Both the position numbers and the translations under genes were made by a program. Shown here piece after piece: positions 49,761-59,663 of a stretch of 64,000 nucleotides of DNA. How positions within the stretch are numbered: position 1 is the first letter of the stretch; every line of letters starts with the position of its first letter. This DNA is from Bacillota bacterium (GTDB lineage: Bacteria; Bacillota; Clostridia; Christensenellales; CAMQZB01): positions 19,450-83,449 of the forward strand of contig JAWXUU010000009.1 in the NCBI GenBank assembly GCA_044426085.1, in the 5' to 3' direction. The notes beneath the pieces are model-generated. The model saw nothing but the letters and a program-made list of their open reading frames with translations, was not told the DNA's origin and made no database searches.

Positions 49761-51422
49761 TTACATCATTTCATCTTGAAGTGCGTAGTAGCCTGCTTCA
49801 CCAGTTGAAATTTTCACAACGTCTGCCATTTCTTCAACGAAGATTTTGCCATCGCCAATGTTACCAGTGTGAAGAGCTGTATTGATTGTTTCAATAAGTT
49901 TTTCTGTTGGAACTTTGCAGATAACGATTTCAATCTTGATTTTTGGAAGAAGAACTGAATCAACTTTTGAACCACGGTAGAATGTGTTTCCACCTCTTTG
50001 CATTCCGCAACCCATAACTTTTGTGATTGTCATACCAGTGATATCCAAAGTTTCAAGAGCAGATTTCAAGATTGGCCATGAAGTTTCTTTTGTTACTACT
50101 GTAACTTTTGTGATTTTGTCAACACCTTCAGTTGATGTTGTTGTTGCTACTGCAGCTTTTTCAGCTACGTCAGTTTTTGTTACTGCTGCTGCTGTCATGC
50201 TGTCGAAGCTTGCGAAGTCAGCGTATGCTGATTCGATACCATGTTCAAATTTGTCAAGACCAGCAATTTCTTCTTCAGCTGTAACTCTTAAGCCAACTGT
50301 GTGTTTGATTGCTAGGAAGATGATTGCCATAACAACTGCAACGTATGCTGCAACTGAAACAACACCAAGAATTTGAATTAGGAAGAAGTTTACTGAACCA
50401 TAGATAAGACCGATATCAGTTGCAAATACACCTGTTAGGATAGTACCCATTGCGCCACACATACCGTGAACACCAACTGCACCAACTGGATCGTCGATTT
50501 TGCATACTTTTTCAATGAATTCGATACCGAATACCACTGTGAAACCTGCGATAATACCAATTACCATTGCCCAGAATGGAGTTACGATATCACAACCTGC
50601 TGTGATTGCAACAAGACCTGCAAGTGAACCGTTAAGTGTCATTGAAACGTCTGGTTTGCCATATCTTACCCAAGTGATAATCATTACAACAACTGTTGCT
50701 GCTGCTGTTGAAATATTTGTTGTCATGAAGATTGTTGCTGCTGCAAGGATGTTATCGTCGCCTGTCATAGAAACTGTTGAACAACCGTTGAATCCGAACC
50801 ATGCGAACCAAAGAATGAATACACCAAGTGCGCCAAGTGTCAAACTGTGACCAGGAATCGCTCTAGGTTTTCCGTCTTTATCAAATTTACCAATTCTTGC
50901 GCCAAGAATTTTAGCACCAACAAGTGCTGCAACACCACCGACCATGTGAACACAAGTTGATCCAGCGAAATCGTGGAAACCAAGTTCAGAAAGCCAGCCG
51001 CCACCCCAAATCCAGTGACCTGAAATAGGATATACAACAAGTGAAATCATTAGTGAATAGATTAGGTATGAAGAGAATTTTGTTCTTTCAGCCATAGCAC
51101 CTGAAACGATTGTTGCTGCTGTTGCACAGAAAACTGTTTGGAAAATTACGAATGCCCATGTTGGATATGTACTTGAATAGTCACCTTGAATGAACAAATC
51201 AATTGTTCCAATGAAACCATTTCCCTCACCAAACATAAGTCCGAAACCGATTAGGAAGAACGCACATGAACCAACTGAAAAGTCCATAAGGTTTTTCATG
51301 ATGATATTACCTGCGTTTTTCGCACGAGTGAAGCCTGTTTCTACCATTGCGAAACCAGCTTGCATAAAGAACACGAGGGCTGCGCCTAGCAAGACCCAAA
51401 GCGTATCAATACCTGAATACAT
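49761..51422 (-). CDS. amt: Ammonium transporter fused to a C-terminal PII domain
   Basis: FFMQAGF, DFAGS...VH, WFGFN, DDPVGAVGVHG, then GCGMQRG...YRG...LLPKIK...TGNIGDGKIFV. Start at ATG 51422. Confidence 0.93.
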   Translation of the reverse strand: MYSGIDTLWVLLGAALVFFMQAGFAMVETGFTRAKNAGNIIMKNLMDFSVGSCAFFLIGFGLMFGEGNGFIGTIDLFIQGDYSSTYPTWAFVIFQTVFCATAATIVSGAMAERTKFSSYLIYSLMISLVVYPISGHWIWGGGWLSELGFHDFAGSTCVHMVGGVAALVGAKILGARIGKFDKDGKPRAIPGHSLTLGALGVFILWFAWFGFNGCSTVSMTGDDNILAAATIFMTTNISTAAATVVVMIITWVRYGKPDVSMTLNGSLAGLVAITAGCDIVTPFWAMVIGIIAGFTVVFGIEFIEKVCKIDDPVGAVGVHGMCGAMGTILTGVFATDIGLIYGSVNFFLIQILGVVSVAAYVAVVMAIIFLAIKHTVGLRVTAEEEIAGLDKFEHGIESAYADFASFDSMTAAAVTKTDVAEKAAVATTTSTEGVDKITKVTVVTKETSWPILKSALETLDITGMTITKVMGCGMQRGGNTFYRGSKVDSVLLPKIKIEIVICKVPTEKLIETINTALHTGNIGDGKIFVEEMADVVKISTGEAGYYALQDEMM

Positions 51423-51555
51423 ATTTATTACCTCCAAAATTATAAAATTATTATAAACCTCTTAACACAGAGCCCCAATGCCCTGTTTTACTGCCCATAC
51501 GGATGATGATTATTACTTTTTTAACTTTTTATTTTTATTATTTTATTTTAAATTC

Positions 51556-51603
51556 AAAATGGCGTGAACACGGGGACTTCCCCCACGTTCACGCCATTGT
51601 GAA
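51556..51603 (-). promoter_or_regulatory. ANTAR hairpin overlapping an intrinsic terminator, upstream of amt
   Basis: TTCAC-AATGGC-GTGAA overlaps the 5' arm of the terminator AATGGCGTGAAC...GTTCACGCCATT-TT. Confidence 0.75.
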
Positions 51604-51637
51604 AATATATAAATATAACCCTTAATTATCTAGCAAA

Positions 51638-53704
51638 TTATACACTCAAGATAAGATCTGAGTATGTTGGTAGTGCCCAATATTCAACTGCGATAAGTGA
51701 TTCAAGTTCGTCGATTGGAGCTCTCATGCTGTCCATTGTCACACAAAGAACATCTGCTGAGTATTTTGCATATTCGAATGCATCATCAAACTTAACAGCG
51801 AATTCGCTTTGAAGTTTTTGTGCAAGTTCCAATGTTTTTGCTGCTGCGTCAGAAATTTTTCTGATCATTAATTTTTCTACGCTTGCGTCTAGGCTAGCTG
51901 ATTCTTTCATTGATGCAAGTTTCAAAAGTTCTGATTGATATGCAAACGCTGATGGCAAGATTGATTTGTTAACCATTCCAAGAATAGTTTTTGCTTCGAT
52001 ACCAATTTGTTTGTAGTAGTTTTCAGCAAGAATTTCAAATCTTGATTCAAGTTCTGTTTCTGAATAAACACCCATTTCTGAGAACATTTTAACATTCTTT
52101 TCTGCAAGCAATGTTTCAAGAGCTGCTGGTGTTGTTTTAAGATTAAGAAGACCACGTTTTTCAGCTTCAACAACCCATTCATCAGAATATCCGTCTCCGT
52201 TGAAGATGATTCTCTTATGTGCAAGGTATGTTTCTTTCACAAGTGCTCTGAGTGCTGGAAGGAAATCTTCTGCGCCTTCAAGTTTTGTAGAAAATTCGTT
52301 AAGAACTTTTGCAACTGCTGCGCAGAATACTGTACAGCTTCCTGCGATTGATGCAGAAGAACCAAGCATTCTGAATTCAAATTTGTTACCTGTGAATGCG
52401 AATGGTGATGTTCTGTTTCTGTCTGTTGTGTCTTTATAGAAGTGTGGCAAAACTTCTGCGCCAAGTTCGAATGCTGATTTTTCAGCTTTAACGATTTCGT
52501 CGCCTGCTTCAATTGCTGAAAGCATTGCGTTAAGTTCTGCACCAAGATACATAGAGATGATTGCTGGTGGAGCTTCGTTTGCACCAAGACGGTGATCGTT
52601 TCCTGCTGATGCAGCAGTGACACGAAGTACATCTTGATAATCATCAACAGCTTTGATTGCTGCAACCAAGAACAATGTGAACAAGTCTGAATCAATTGAT
52701 GGAGAGAAGAAGTTGATATCGTCTGTTCCGATTGAAAGGTTAACGTGTTTACCGCTTCCGTTGATACCATCGAATGGTTTTTCAGCAAGAATACAAACAA
52801 GACCGTGTCTGTTTGCAACAGTTTTCATAACGTCCATTGTCATTTGGTTGTGGTCTACACCGATATTTACGTGTTCGAAGTATGGAGCCATTTCGTGTTG
52901 AGCTGGAGCAACTTCGTTATGTTTTGTTTTTGATGGGATACCAAGTTTCCAAAGTTCTTCATCAAGTTCTTTCATGAACGCTGCAACGCGTGGTTTGATT
53001 GAACCGAAATAGTGATCGTCAAGTTCTTGGCCTTTTGCTGGCATTCCGCCGAACAAAGTTCTTCCACAATATTGAAGGTCGCGACGTTTGTTGAATACTT
53101 CTTTATCAACAAGGAAATATTCTTGTTCTGCGCCAACGAATGTTTTTACAAATTGAGTTTCTGTGTCTCCGAACATTCTCAAGATTTTGATTGCTTCGTT
53201 TGAAACCGCTTGAGTTGCTCTTAGAAGTGGAGTCTTTTTATCAAGTGCTTCGCCAGTGTATGAGCAGAATGCAGTTGGAATATAAAGTGATCCATCTTTA
53301 ACAAATGCGTATGATGTTGGATCCCATGCTGTGTATCCTCTTGCTTCGAAAGTCGCACGAAGTCCGCCTGATGGGAAGCTTGATGCATCTGGTTCGCCTT
53401 GAACAAGTTCCTTACCAGAGAATTCCATAAGCACGTTGCCGTTATCATCAGGAGCGATGAAACTGTCATGCTTTTCTGCTGTTGTGCCAGTCATTGGTTG
53501 GAACCAGTGAGTGTAGTGAGTTGCACCAAGTTCAATAGCCCAGTTCTTCATGGCAACTGCAACTGAGTTTGCAACATCAAGTTCAAGGTGTTTACCTTGT
53601 TTGATTGTGCTTTTCAATGCTTTGTAGATTTCTTTTGGCAATGTTTTTTTCATTACTGCGTCGTTAAACACATATTGACCAAAGATTTCTGGTAGGTTTT
53701 TCAT
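51638..53704 (-). CDS. glnN: Glutamine synthetase type III
   Basis: GATHYTHWFQPMTG, GEPDASSFPSGG, HNEVAPAQHE, HRLGANEAPPAI, DRNRTSPFAFTGNKFEFR. Confidence 0.95.
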   Translation of the reverse strand: MKNLPEIFGQYVFNDAVMKKTLPKEIYKALKSTIKQGKHLELDVANSVAVAMKNWAIELGATHYTHWFQPMTGTTAEKHDSFIAPDDNGNVLMEFSGKELVQGEPDASSFPSGGLRATFEARGYTAWDPTSYAFVKDGSLYIPTAFCSYTGEALDKKTPLLRATQAVSNEAIKILRMFGDTETQFVKTFVGAEQEYFLVDKEVFNKRRDLQYCGRTLFGGMPAKGQELDDHYFGSIKPRVAAFMKELDEELWKLGIPSKTKHNEVAPAQHEMAPYFEHVNIGVDHNQMTMDVMKTVANRHGLVCILAEKPFDGINGSGKHVNLSIGTDDINFFSPSIDSDLFTLFLVAAIKAVDDYQDVLRVTAASAGNDHRLGANEAPPAIISMYLGAELNAMLSAIEAGDEIVKAEKSAFELGAEVLPHFYKDTTDRNRTSPFAFTGNKFEFRMLGSSASIAGSCTVFCAAVAKVLNEFSTKLEGAEDFLPALRALVKETYLAHKRIIFNGDGYSDEWVVEAEKRGLLNLKTTPAALETLLAEKNVKMFSEMGVYSETELESRFEILAENYYKQIGIEAKTILGMVNKSILPSAFAYQSELLKLASMKESASLDASVEKLMIRKISDAAAKTLELAQKLQSEFAVKFDDAFEYAKYSADVLCVTMDSMRAPIDELESLIAVEYWALPTYSDLILSV

Positions 53705-53754
53705 AAAACGTCCTCCGTTTAAATTTTTATTCGCTTAACTATGAGCTTATAATA

Positions 53755-53796
53755 GAAAAAGCGCCGTGAAACATAGATGTTCACGGCGCCTTTGCC
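53755..53796 (-). promoter_or_regulatory. ANTAR hairpin overlapping an intrinsic terminator in the GSIII leader
   Basis: GGC-AAAGGC-GCC overlaps GCGCCGTGAA...TTCACGGCGC-TTTTT; promoter TTGACA-17-TAAAAT at 53839-53811. Confidence 0.78.
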
Positions 53797-53898
53797 TTAT
53801 TTATGATGTTATTTTATCATGATGTAAACTATTTGTCAACAAAATGAAAGGGGGTATGGGAATATTTTTTTGAAAATTTTTGCTTTTCGCTTGCGATG

Positions 53899-54258
53899 TT
53901 ATGCATTGCCCAAATTTCCCGTAACCACGACGTCCGCGCCTGTGTTTGCAACGTTTTTCAATACTACATCGCCACATTCAAGAGTCGTTTGGATGTTTAA
54001 TGTTTTTATATGCTTTAGCACTTCTGCAATTTTATCTTTTGGGATTGGGGCTGATGTTTTCACTGATGTTACGGCATCTTTATATTTCACAAGGCTTGTA
54101 ACCATTCTTATTGGCGCTGTGACTTCCGCAATGCCATATGTTTTGCCACGCCCACAAGTGTTGCCAGAAACCGTGAAAGTTTCGCCGTTTTTTTCTACTG
54201 TCAAATCGCAACCCATTGGGCACATAATGCAAGTGACTTTTTGTTTATTTGTTTCCAT
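53899..54258 (-). CDS. DUF1667 (CxxCPxGC) protein
   Basis: TCIMCPMGC...GNTCGRG...VKT..PIPK; third gene of the glpA-like triad. Confidence 0.85.
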   Translation of the reverse strand: METNKQKVTCIMCPMGCDLTVEKNGETFTVSGNTCGRGKTYGIAEVTAPIRMVTSLVKYKDAVTSVKTSAPIPKDKIAEVLKHIKTLNIQTTLECGDVVLKNVANTGADVVVTGNLGNA

Positions 54259-55519
54259 CACTGCCTCCTTTATCTTCTAGCGTGATAAACACATCGCCCG
54301 TGATTTTACTTTTGTCGATTGTGATTGTTTCCATTTCGCCAGGTGCAAAAATCAATGCTGATTTGGAAAAGATTGTGTTTTCGCCACACTTTGCAACGAG
54401 TTTCTTATTTTTATATTCGTTGCCAACGCGAAGGAAAATCTTTGTTTTATCACCCGCTGTTGCGTTTTTCGCTTTTGAAATTGATTGCGGAACTGCGTAT
54501 CTGACAAATTTTCCATCGCACAGCACTTTTATATCGCACGCATCAATTTTTTCACCCCTTGCAAACGCAACTGCTGATTCGCCCGCTGTTTTTGCTTCCA
54601 GACTTGCGTTGTCGGCAAGGTCGTGAACGTGCAAAACATTGCCAGCGGAAAAAATACCAGGGATATTCGTCATTCTGTTTTCGTCGACAACTGCTCCGCT
54701 TGTCACGGCGTCCATGTCGATTCCTTTACCAAAAATCAAATCGTTTTCAGGAATCAATCCAACGGAAAGAAGCAATGTGTCGCATGGGATAAACTGCTCT
54801 GTTCCCGCGATTGGGTTTAGGTTTTCATCCACACTTGCAATTTCCACACCTTCCACGCGATTTTTGCCAAACACTTTTGTTATTGTTGTTGAAAATTTAA
54901 GCGGTATATCGAAATCGTCCAAACACTGCACGATGTTTCGTTTTAGCCCCGAAGAATACGGCATGAGTTCGCACACCATTTGCACTTTCGCGCCTTCGAA
55001 TGTCATTCGCCTTGCCATGATAAGTCCGATATCGCCACTGCCCAAAATGACAACTTTGCTACCCACTTTTTTGCCCTTTACATTCACAAGCTTTTGCGCA
55101 CAGCCCGCGGGAAAAACGCCAGCTGGGCGATGACCGCATTGCATGATTCCACCCGCCGTTCTTTCGCGACAGCCCATTGCAAGAATTATCGCTTTTGCGT
55201 TTATTTGAAACACTCCGCTTTGGTTCATGCACTTGATTGTTTTTTCGACAGGGTTTATATCTGTTACTATTGTTGATAAAAATTTTGTTATATTGCTTTC
55301 TTTTTTTATTAGCGATATAAACTTCACGGCGTATTCTGGGCCTGTCAGTTCCTCGCCAAAATAATGAAGTCCGAAACCGTTGTGTATGCATTGGTTTAGT
55401 ATTCCGCCAAGCTTATCTTCTCTTTCGAGAATGGCAACCGATCCGCCGTTTTGCGATGCGGAAATAGCAGCCGCCATGCCCGCAGGTCCACCGCCGATTA
55501 CTACTACGTCAAAGTTCAT
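54245..55519 (-). CDS. Pyridine nucleotide-disulfide / NAD(P)-FAD oxidoreductase
   Basis: IGGGPAG, LGGILNQCIHNGFG, GSGDIGLIMARR, GNVLHVHDL. Start at ATG 55519 after AGGAGG. Confidence 0.88.
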   Translation of the reverse strand: MNFDVVVIGGGPAGMAAAISASQNGGSVAILEREDKLGGILNQCIHNGFGLHYFGEELTGPEYAVKFISLIKKESNITKFLSTIVTDINPVEKTIKCMNQSGVFQINAKAIILAMGCRERTAGGIMQCGHRPAGVFPAGCAQKLVNVKGKKVGSKVVILGSGDIGLIMARRMTFEGAKVQMVCELMPYSSGLKRNIVQCLDDFDIPLKFSTTITKVFGKNRVEGVEIASVDENLNPIAGTEQFIPCDTLLLSVGLIPENDLIFGKGIDMDAVTSGAVVDENRMTNIPGIFSAGNVLHVHDLADNASLEAKTAGESAVAFARGEKIDACDIKVLCDGKFVRYAVPQSISKAKNATAGDKTKIFLRVGNEYKNKKLVAKCGENTIFSKSALIFAPGEMETITIDKSKITGDVFITLEDKGGSDGNK

Positions 55520-56942
55520 TGCTATCCTCCTTTTGCAAAATTTCGCTTCCTTTGCCAAATTTTGTGATTTCTTCCATTGGTATGTTCTTTTGCTTTGATA
55601 TGATTTCCATTATTGTAGGCATGCAAAATCCCCCTTGACATCTGCCCATGCCCGCGCGCACTCTGCGTTTTATTCCGTCGATTGTGGTTGGGGATAGCGG
55701 TGAATTTATCGCTTCCAAAATTTCGCCACGCGTGATTTTTTCACATCTGCATACTATTTCGCCATAGGCGGGGTCTTTTGAAATTGTTTGGTTCAATTCC
55801 TCATCCGTCATGTGGCTTGTGATTTTGTAGGGCGTTCTGAATTTTTGATTTTCTAGCGGTTTCAAATCGCAATCGTCACCCAAAAGCTCGCACACATAAT
55901 TTGCAATTGCGGGCGCTGATGAAAGCCCCGGCGAACAAATGCCACCAAGATATAGGAAGTTTTCCACACACTTTGATTTTTCGATAATAAAGTCGTCACC
56001 CGAAACGGCGCGGACACCGGAAAATACGCGTATGTTTTTTCTGAAATTGACACCTCTCACCATTTGGGCTAGGTTTTGTTTGATATAATCAAGACCTTCT
56101 GGTGTCACCACTGTGTCGTCGCCTTTCGTTGCGATTGCAGTTGGACCGATGATGATGTTGCCGTGCGCCGTTGGGGAGCAAAGCACACCCTTGCCAAGCT
56201 TTGTTGGGAGTGGGAAAATCGTTGCGGAAACAATATCCTTTTCCGATAGGTCAAGGAGCATGTATTCCCCACGCGCGAAAGTTGTTTCGAACTTTTCTGC
56301 GCCCGCGATTTCGTTGATTTTTTGCGCGCCACCACCGCATGCGTTGATGACGATTTTTGCGTTTATAATGTTTTCACCCGCGGTGATTTTGAAATGGTCG
56401 GCGGTTTTTTGAATGGCAGTGACACCGCTGTTGAAATAAGCATCGCAACCGTTTATCACAGCTTCTTCCGCCATTGCTATTGCCAAGTGATATGGCGAAA
56501 CCACTGATGAAGTGCCGGCATAAAGGGCAACTTCGATTTGTGGGTTTGGGTTTTTTATATATTTTGCGATTTCTTCCTTGTGAATGATTTGAAGATTTTT
56601 CACCCCGTTTTGCACGCCTTGCGCAAATAGATGTTGAATTTTTTCTTCATCTTCGCTTTTGCCAACGACAAGCGCACCGCAGTTGTCAAGTTCCACAGAA
56701 AGCCTTTTGCAAAGCTTGGGATACATCTCGCTTCCCAAAACGTTTAATTTTGCTTTCAGCGTGCCCACTTTGCAATCAAAGCCAGCGTGAACAATTCCGC
56801 TGTTTGCTTTTGTTGCACCGTATGACGCGACGTCGGCACATTTTTCGATGAGTGCGACAGATTGAGAAAGCGAAGTGAGCTTTCGTGCAATTTCACAGCC
56901 GATAACTCCCCCACCAATAACCGCTATATCATATTTTTTCAC
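55509..56942 (-). CDS. FAD-dependent glycerol-3-phosphate dehydrogenase-like oxidoreductase with a BFD-type 2Fe-2S domain
   Basis: IGGGVIG, TKANSGIVHAG, SPGLSSAPAIA, VCRCE...RAGMGRCQGGFC. GTG start at 56942 after AGGGGG. Confidence 0.85.
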   Translation of the reverse strand: MKKYDIAVIGGGVIGCEIARKLTSLSQSVALIEKCADVASYGATKANSGIVHAGFDCKVGTLKAKLNVLGSEMYPKLCKRLSVELDNCGALVVGKSEDEEKIQHLFAQGVQNGVKNLQIIHKEEIAKYIKNPNPQIEVALYAGTSSVVSPYHLAIAMAEEAVINGCDAYFNSGVTAIQKTADHFKITAGENIINAKIVINACGGGAQKINEIAGAEKFETTFARGEYMLLDLSEKDIVSATIFPLPTKLGKGVLCSPTAHGNIIIGPTAIATKGDDTVVTPEGLDYIKQNLAQMVRGVNFRKNIRVFSGVRAVSGDDFIIEKSKCVENFLYLGGICSPGLSSAPAIANYVCELLGDDCDLKPLENQKFRTPYKITSHMTDEELNQTISKDPAYGEIVCRCEKITRGEILEAINSPLSPTTIDGIKRRVRAGMGRCQGGFCMPTIMEIISKQKNIPMEEITKFGKGSEILQKEDSNEL

Positions 56943-57241
56943 TTTATGTTTCCCCCTTTTGTTTGGGATTTTTTGCTTGGATACTATTATGTTGAATAAC
57001 CTTATAATTTTATCACTTGTGCACTGCATTGTCAATACGCAAAATGAAAAAGTGTGGAATTTTTTGCGAATGGGGCAAGGGGGGGAATAGAAAAAAGAAC
57101 GCAAAGCCTTATAGCTCACTTTGCGTTCTTTTTTGTATAGTATAGAATTTATGAATTTCCCGCTTGGGGGAAGTGGGTAGCTTTTTTGTTGCGTGGTTAG
57201 GGCGACGATGTTTTTTTGGTTTATCGTGCTTTTTCCACGCG

Positions 57242-57308
57242 AATTGAAAATTAAAAATTAAAAATTAAAAATTAAAAATTGTGGTAAGCACTCGCGGTGC
57301 TCGTGCAT
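57242..57308. repeat. Heptamer-array/hairpin repeat, locus 7 (single arm)
   Basis: GAAAATT(AAAAATT)4-GTGGTAAGCACTCGCGGTGCTCGTGCAT. Confidence 0.9.
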
Positions 57309-57372
57309 GCTATTTGTTAGATTGTTTGTTCGCACGGCGTTGTCATATAATTATGAGCAATTTGCACGACCG

Positions 57373-57399
57373 CGGGTCGATGTGGGCATCGACCCCTAC
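57373..57399 (-). repeat. GTAG-type REP
   Basis: GTAG-GGGTCGATG-CCCA-CATCGACCC-G, a few bases after the metA stop. Confidence 0.75.
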
Positions 57400-57405
57400 G
57401 CTTTG

Positions 57406-58326
57406 CTAGTCATCGATTTTTTCTATGCTGTATGGTGTTACTTGATATACGTAGTAGTTCAACCAATTGCTCATGATCAGATTTGCTGTGCCTGACCAGT
57501 TCATTTCTATGTTCATATCGTCATCGATGAAATAGTTGACTGGTTTTTCGATTTCTGAACCTTTTGCAAGGTCGCGAGTGTATTCGCCTTTCAGCGTTTC
57601 TTTATCGTATTCCATGTGACCTGAGCAGAAGAATGATTTGTTATCGATTGATTTGACAATTGCTATGCCAGCTTCTTTAGATCTTGCGATAACTTCGAGA
57701 TTGCAACTTGCGTAAACTGCTTCTTCGTTCACACCCGTATATCTTGAATGCGGGATGTTGAAAACTTCGTCGACACCTTTGAGGAGTGGTTCATAGACAG
57801 TTGCTCTTGTGTGTTTATAAACACCGCTTAGCTTTTTATCTAGCATGACTTTATCGATGCCGTGGTGGAAATACAACCCCGCTTGAGAGCCCCAACATAT
57901 ATACATTGTGCTTGTGACGTGTTTTTTTGTGTATTTCATGATTTCTGTGAGCTCTTCCCAATATTCAACATCTTCAAAATTCATTGTTTCCACAGGTGCG
58001 CCCGTGATGATCATGCCGTCGAAATTTTTGCCCGACGATTTGATTTCTGAAAATGACGTGTAGAAAGAATCCAAGTGTTTTTTTGAGGTGTTTTTTGATT
58101 GGTAGCTTTCTGTTGCAAGGAGCGTCACGTTTATTTGCAGTGGAGAATTACCAAGAAGGCGCATAAGTTGCGTTTCTGTTTCCACTTTCGTTGGCATCAA
58201 GTTGAGAATGCAAATTTCTATTGGGCGAATGTCTTGGGCATACGCGCGAACTGCTCTCATGACAAACACGTTTTCGTTTTGCAAAATCGTGCATGCTGGT
58301 ATTCCTTTTGGTATGATTATTGGCAT
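57406..58326 (-). CDS. metA: Homoserine O-acyltransferase (MetA fold; the Glu in TGAPVE indicates O-acetyltransferase)
   Basis: ILNLMPTK..TE, ITGAPVE, ICWG, PHSR, GHMEY. Confidence 0.94.
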   Translation of the reverse strand: MPIIIPKGIPACTILQNENVFVMRAVRAYAQDIRPIEICILNLMPTKVETETQLMRLLGNSPLQINVTLLATESYQSKNTSKKHLDSFYTSFSEIKSSGKNFDGMIITGAPVETMNFEDVEYWEELTEIMKYTKKHVTSTMYICWGSQAGLYFHHGIDKVMLDKKLSGVYKHTRATVYEPLLKGVDEVFNIPHSRYTGVNEEAVYASCNLEVIARSKEAGIAIVKSIDNKSFFCSGHMEYDKETLKGEYTRDLAKGSEIEKPVNYFIDDDMNIEMNWSGTANLIMSNWLNYYVYQVTPYSIEKIDD

Positions 58327-58371
58327 TTTTTATCCCTTTAGGGCACTTTTGAATCGCCCTTTTTTTGTTTG

Positions 58372-59634
58372 TTAGATGCTTGCTAGCGCGTTTTGGATAT
58401 CCGCAATGATGTCTTCTGTGTTTTCACAGCCGATTGAAAGGCGGATAAGGTTTTCAGAAATTCCACATTCGATAAGCGCTTCTGGTGAAAGTTGGCGATG
58501 AGTTGTTGACGCTGGGTGCAAAACGCATGAACGGATGTCGGCAACGTGAGTTACTTGTTTTATTAGTTTCAAGTTCAAAATGAATTGTTCTGCTTGTGAT
58601 TTGTTTCCTTTGATTCCGAAAACAACAACACCTGAGCCCATTTTCATATATTTTTTGCCTAGTGCATAATCCGCAGAGCTTTCAAGGTGTGGATATTTAA
58701 CCCATTCTACACCTTCGTGAGCGTCTAGGAATTTCGCAACTGCAAGTCCGTTTTCTGAGTGTTTTTCCATTCTCATTGCGAGAGTTTCAAGACCTGCGTT
58801 TGTTGTGTGGGCAACTTGTGGAGCCATATAGATTCCGAAGTCCCTCATGAGTTGAACTCTGGCTTTTGTTATGTATGCCACGGCGCCAAGGCTGTTATAA
58901 ACAAGTCCGTGATAGCTTTCGTCTGGCACGTTGAATTCTTGGTATCTTTCGCTGTCGAAATTGAAGTTGCCACAGTCGACAATCATTCCACCGATTGTGC
59001 CCGCGTGACCTTCTGTGTATTTTGTTGTTGAATAAACAACTACGTTTGCGCCGAATTCTTTTGGTTTTGTGATTGCTGATGTTGCAAGTGTGTTATCAAC
59101 CATGAACAAGATGTTGTGTTTTTTTGCAACGCCTGCAAGTTTATCAAAATCAAGAATGTCCATTGATGGGTTTGCAAATGTTTCGCCAAAGATAATCTTT
59201 GTTGTTGGTCTTATATGGCTTTCGATTTCTTCCGCTGTTGCAGTTGGCAAAACGAATGTGCAATCAATGCCCATTTTTTTGAGTGTCACGCCAAGAAGGT
59301 TATATGTTCCGCCATAGATTGTTGATTGAGAGATAATGTGGTCGCCCGCAGAGCAAACGTTGAAAATCGCAAGGAATGTTGCTGCTTGACCTGATGAAGT
59401 TGCAAGTGCACCAGAACCGCCGTCTAGCATAGCCATTTTTTGTTCGAGCGCATCACATGTTGGATTGCCGATTCTCGAATAAAAATAACCTGATGTTTTC
59501 AAGTCGAAAAGGTCTGCCATATCTGATGGTTTTTCGTAGTAGTACGTTGTTGTTGCATAGATTGGCAATGTTCTTGCTTCACCGTTTTTTGGCTCGTAGC
59601 CTGCTTGAATGCAGAGTGTTTCTAGATTTTTCAT
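58372..59634 (-). CDS. metY: O-acetylhomoserine aminocarboxypropyltransferase
   Basis: YSRIGNPT, SGQAA, VDNT, YSTTKY, HPASTTHRQL, IRLSIG. Confidence 0.92.
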   Translation of the reverse strand: MKNLETLCIQAGYEPKNGEARTLPIYATTTYYYEKPSDMADLFDLKTSGYFYSRIGNPTCDALEQKMAMLDGGSGALATSSGQAATFLAIFNVCSAGDHIISQSTIYGGTYNLLGVTLKKMGIDCTFVLPTATAEEIESHIRPTTKIIFGETFANPSMDILDFDKLAGVAKKHNILFMVDNTLATSAITKPKEFGANVVVYSTTKYTEGHAGTIGGMIVDCGNFNFDSERYQEFNVPDESYHGLVYNSLGAVAYITKARVQLMRDFGIYMAPQVAHTTNAGLETLAMRMEKHSENGLAVAKFLDAHEGVEWVKYPHLESSADYALGKKYMKMGSGVVVFGIKGNKSQAEQFILNLKLIKQVTHVADIRSCVLHPASTTHRQLSPEALIECGISENLIRLSIGCENTEDIIADIQNALASI

Positions 59635-59663
59635 TTTATATCTCCTTAATTGATTTTGCTTTT

